A DNA stretch of 64,000 nucleotides from Vicugna vicugna (lineage: Eukaryota). The DNA lies in NCBI GenBank assembly GCA_013265495.1, contig MU059614.1, positions 1,837,601-1,901,600 on the forward strand, given 5' to 3'. Numbering within the stretch: the first letter of the stretch is position 1; the number at the start of each line of letters is the position of its first letter. A program made the position numbers and the translations under genes. Positions 61,855-64,000 of the stretch are shown here, one piece after another. The notes below the pieces were generated by a model, which was given only the letters and a program-made list of their open reading frames with translations, did no database searches and was not told the origin of the DNA.

Positions 61855-62228
61855 TTTAAAAAAAGGAGATTCTGACACGTGCTCCAACTTGGATGAACCT
61901 TGAGGACACTGTGCTAAGGGAAATAATTCAAACACAGAAGGGCAAACACCATATGACCCCACATGTATGGGGTCCCTAGAATGGTCAAATCCAGAGATGG
62001 CAAGTAAAAGGGTGGGCACCAGGACTGGGGCACGGGAAGATACAGGGAGGGAGTGTCTCATGGGGACAGAGTCTCAGTTTGGGAAGATGAAACAGTTCTG
62101 GAGACGGATGGTGATGATTGTTGCACAAGGTGAAAGTGCTTAATGCTACTGAGCTGTACTCCTAAACTGGTTAAAACGGTAAATTTTGTTGCATAAAATT
62201 TCACCAGAATTTAAAATCAAACAAACAA
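61855..62228 (+). mobile_element. L1MA/L1MB-type 3' end
   Basis: tggatgaaccttgaggaca, gacagagtctcagtttgggaagatgaaa..gttctggaga..gatggtgatg, A-rich tail. Confidence 0.9.
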
Positions 62229-62668
62229 AAACATCCTTAGACCATGTTTCTGCCTGGCTTCCAGGAGGAAAAAGGAAGAGAACATGAAGGCACGAGACAT
62301 GGCTGTCCACAGCCCGGTGGGCACAGTCCCCCGGGCCCTGAGCCTCACAGCCCAGTGGACTCCACCCGACATCCAAGGCCCTGCCTCCCCTCGGGACAGG
62401 GTGCTCCTCCGGGAAAGCCTTCTAGTGACCCTCAGACTCTTATGACACCAGCACCCTAGCTTGACATCAGTCCCCAAAAGCTCGAGGAGAAGTGGCAGCA
62501 TCTGGTATAAGAACAGGCAGAGCACAGAGGGGGAGAAGTAAAAGCGGAAGGAAGAGGCAGCAGGTAGGGTTCCTAGACTCCTCACTGCGTCCACTCCTAA
62601 AAAACCAGCAGCCCAGCCACATGGCTCAGGCTCCCACTTGTCTGTGAGGCTGCCCTGAGCCCACTCAC

Positions 62669-62819
62669 CTCGGCCTGCATTTGTAAATTTTTTTTTCCTT
62701 TTTTGGGCAATTTGCCTCTCCTCCTCAGCCACCAGTTACAGGGTATGTGGGTGTATCGAGAAAGAAATTTCCCAAAAAAGGAAAACGATTCCCAAAGGTT
62801 AGTCCCAACTCAGAGCTGC
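62669..62819 (-). other. Candidate cryptic or alternative exon in intron 3 (151 nt)
   Basis: Acceptor gcctctctcttccag|GCAG and donor GAG|gtgagt are both near consensus; exon ends ATG CAG GCC GAG. Confidence 0.4.
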
Positions 62820-63748
62820 CTGGAAGAGAGAGGCAACAACAGTCGGCTGCTGGAGCCAGACCGGCCAAGGCCCCAGATCGACCAGAAGTCCCCAGGGAGA
62901 AGGGCCTCCCTGGGATGGCAGCCCTCCCCTCCTCCTCCCCTCCTGCCTGCCACCATGCCCTCCTGGTCCCCACTCTGCTCCCCGGATCCCTTCTGCTGAG
63001 GAACCACTCAGGGCCACGAAACACACCCAACCCTCTCCCAGGAGCACCCAGGCCCTACCTCCTCCTCAAGCTGGAACAGAGTTCCTGCAGCTATGCTTTA
63101 CAAAGTTGATTATTTCAACTCAACAATTATTTACCAGGTCTGTGCCACCCAAACCCCAGGTCAGGCAATGCAGAGGTATGGAGAATTACCAGGGGGCCCA
63201 ACAATGAAAAAAAGGTCACAGCTTAGTTGGTAAGATAACATTTAAACAAATGAAAACAAATAGTAATATTGTATAAAAGTCCAAGTAACAATTTAAAACA
63301 GGTTGTGACTAAGTGTTAAGGCCCCCCCACCATAAAATGTTACAATTTATTACATGTGGAGATTAGCTGGGGAGGGAAGCAGTATGCGGGGGAGGAGAGG
63401 GTGGCAGGAGTGGAGGGTCAGCAGAGGCTACAGGCCACTCAGACTGCTGCTTTTGGAGACCAGCTCCAAGACAGGCCTTCACACAGGCTGGTAGCCTGAG
63501 CAAGCCGCACCCCATAGTCCTGCCAGCCCTGTGTCTGCCTGATGTGCACGGACAGCCCATCGAAACCCCTCCCCACCAGGAACAAGTCCATGGCACCACC
63601 ACGCCAGCCAGCAGGCTAACCCTGCCCCATCACCCTCTTCACTCCCGGGAAATCTGACGGGTGGGTCCTTCCAAACCTTTCAGGAACCAGGACGACAGCA
63701 AGTCGAACATGTTTTAATGTTTTTAAAAAGTGTAAGTAAGCCACTGAC

Positions 63749-63973
63749 CAGGGCTTCTGAGTCTCAGCACTGGGGACACTTGAGGCTGGGTCATGCTCTG
63801 GTGTGGGGGCCATCCTCTGCCTCACACCACACTGAGCAGCAGCCCTAGCCTCCACCCACTCGGGGCCAACGGCACGGCACCCCTGCAGCCCCTGCACAGC
63901 CATGAGAGTCAAAGATGACTCCAGACACTGCCAGGCAGCCCTGGGACACAAGGGCCCCAGGTGAGGACCAAAG
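63749..63973 (+). mobile_element. MER20 hAT MITE
   Basis: ctcagcactggggaca...agcagcagccctagcctccacccact...ctccagacactgcca...gtgaggacca. Confidence 0.8.
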
Positions 63974-64000
63974 CTCTACTTCTAGGTACTCAAGGAGGAA

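Larger units (their letters stand above)
1..64000 (-). other. MPRIP: MPRIP gene body (partial: intron 3 through intron 16)
   Basis: Thirteen minus-strand exons translate to MPRIP peptides (PTTLPQGTINMNQC, PDLLNFKKGWLTKQ, WKKHWFVLAD, LEQSQKEASDLLEQN). Phases chain 0-2-0-1-2-0-0-0-0-0-2-0-0-0. The flanking exons (KWQRRFF..., ATCERGF...) were not found in the window. Confidence 0.97.

Noticed and set aside
36053-64000. Search for MPRIP exons 2-3 (AKPIYGGW..., KWQRRFFILYEHG...)
   Set aside because: No matching sequence found by eye; they lie beyond the window end.

Overview
Mammalian (eutherian, GC-rich) genomic DNA lying entirely inside the MPRIP gene (myosin phosphatase Rho-interacting protein / p116Rip), transcribed on the minus strand. 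I traced 13 coding exons, numbered 4-16 by recalled human structure. All have GT-AG sites and consistent phases. They cover the C-terminal half of PH domain 1, PH domain 2, the start of the coiled coil, and a 3714-nt giant coiled-coil exon. Exons 1-3 and 17 onward were not found in the window. 36053-64000 is the 3' part of the large intron 3. The repeats I recognise are all ancient eutherian families (MIR, L2, L1M, HAL1-like, Charlie1a, MER8, MER5, MER20, MLT1A, MER21/77-like LTR); I saw no lineage-specific SINE. Most interesting signals: (1) a TATA + Kozak ATG + GTAAGT mini first exon in intron 3 (about 53430-53486) that would splice in frame to exon 4; (2) a second candidate exon at 62669-62819 ending ATG-CAG-GCC-GAG|GTGAGT, also in frame with exon 4; (3) a PP1-docking RVxF-type motif (KRQRIRFS) in the giant exon; (4) a perfect TACTAAC branch point / QKI element before the giant exon; (5) a 354-nt in-frame alternative-donor extension of exon 7; (6) intronic CArG boxes and a CATATG E-box cluster. 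Ortholog and repeat-family comparisons are from memory, not from a database search, and repeat boundaries are approximate. No prokaryotic features, RNA genes or CRISPR arrays were seen.
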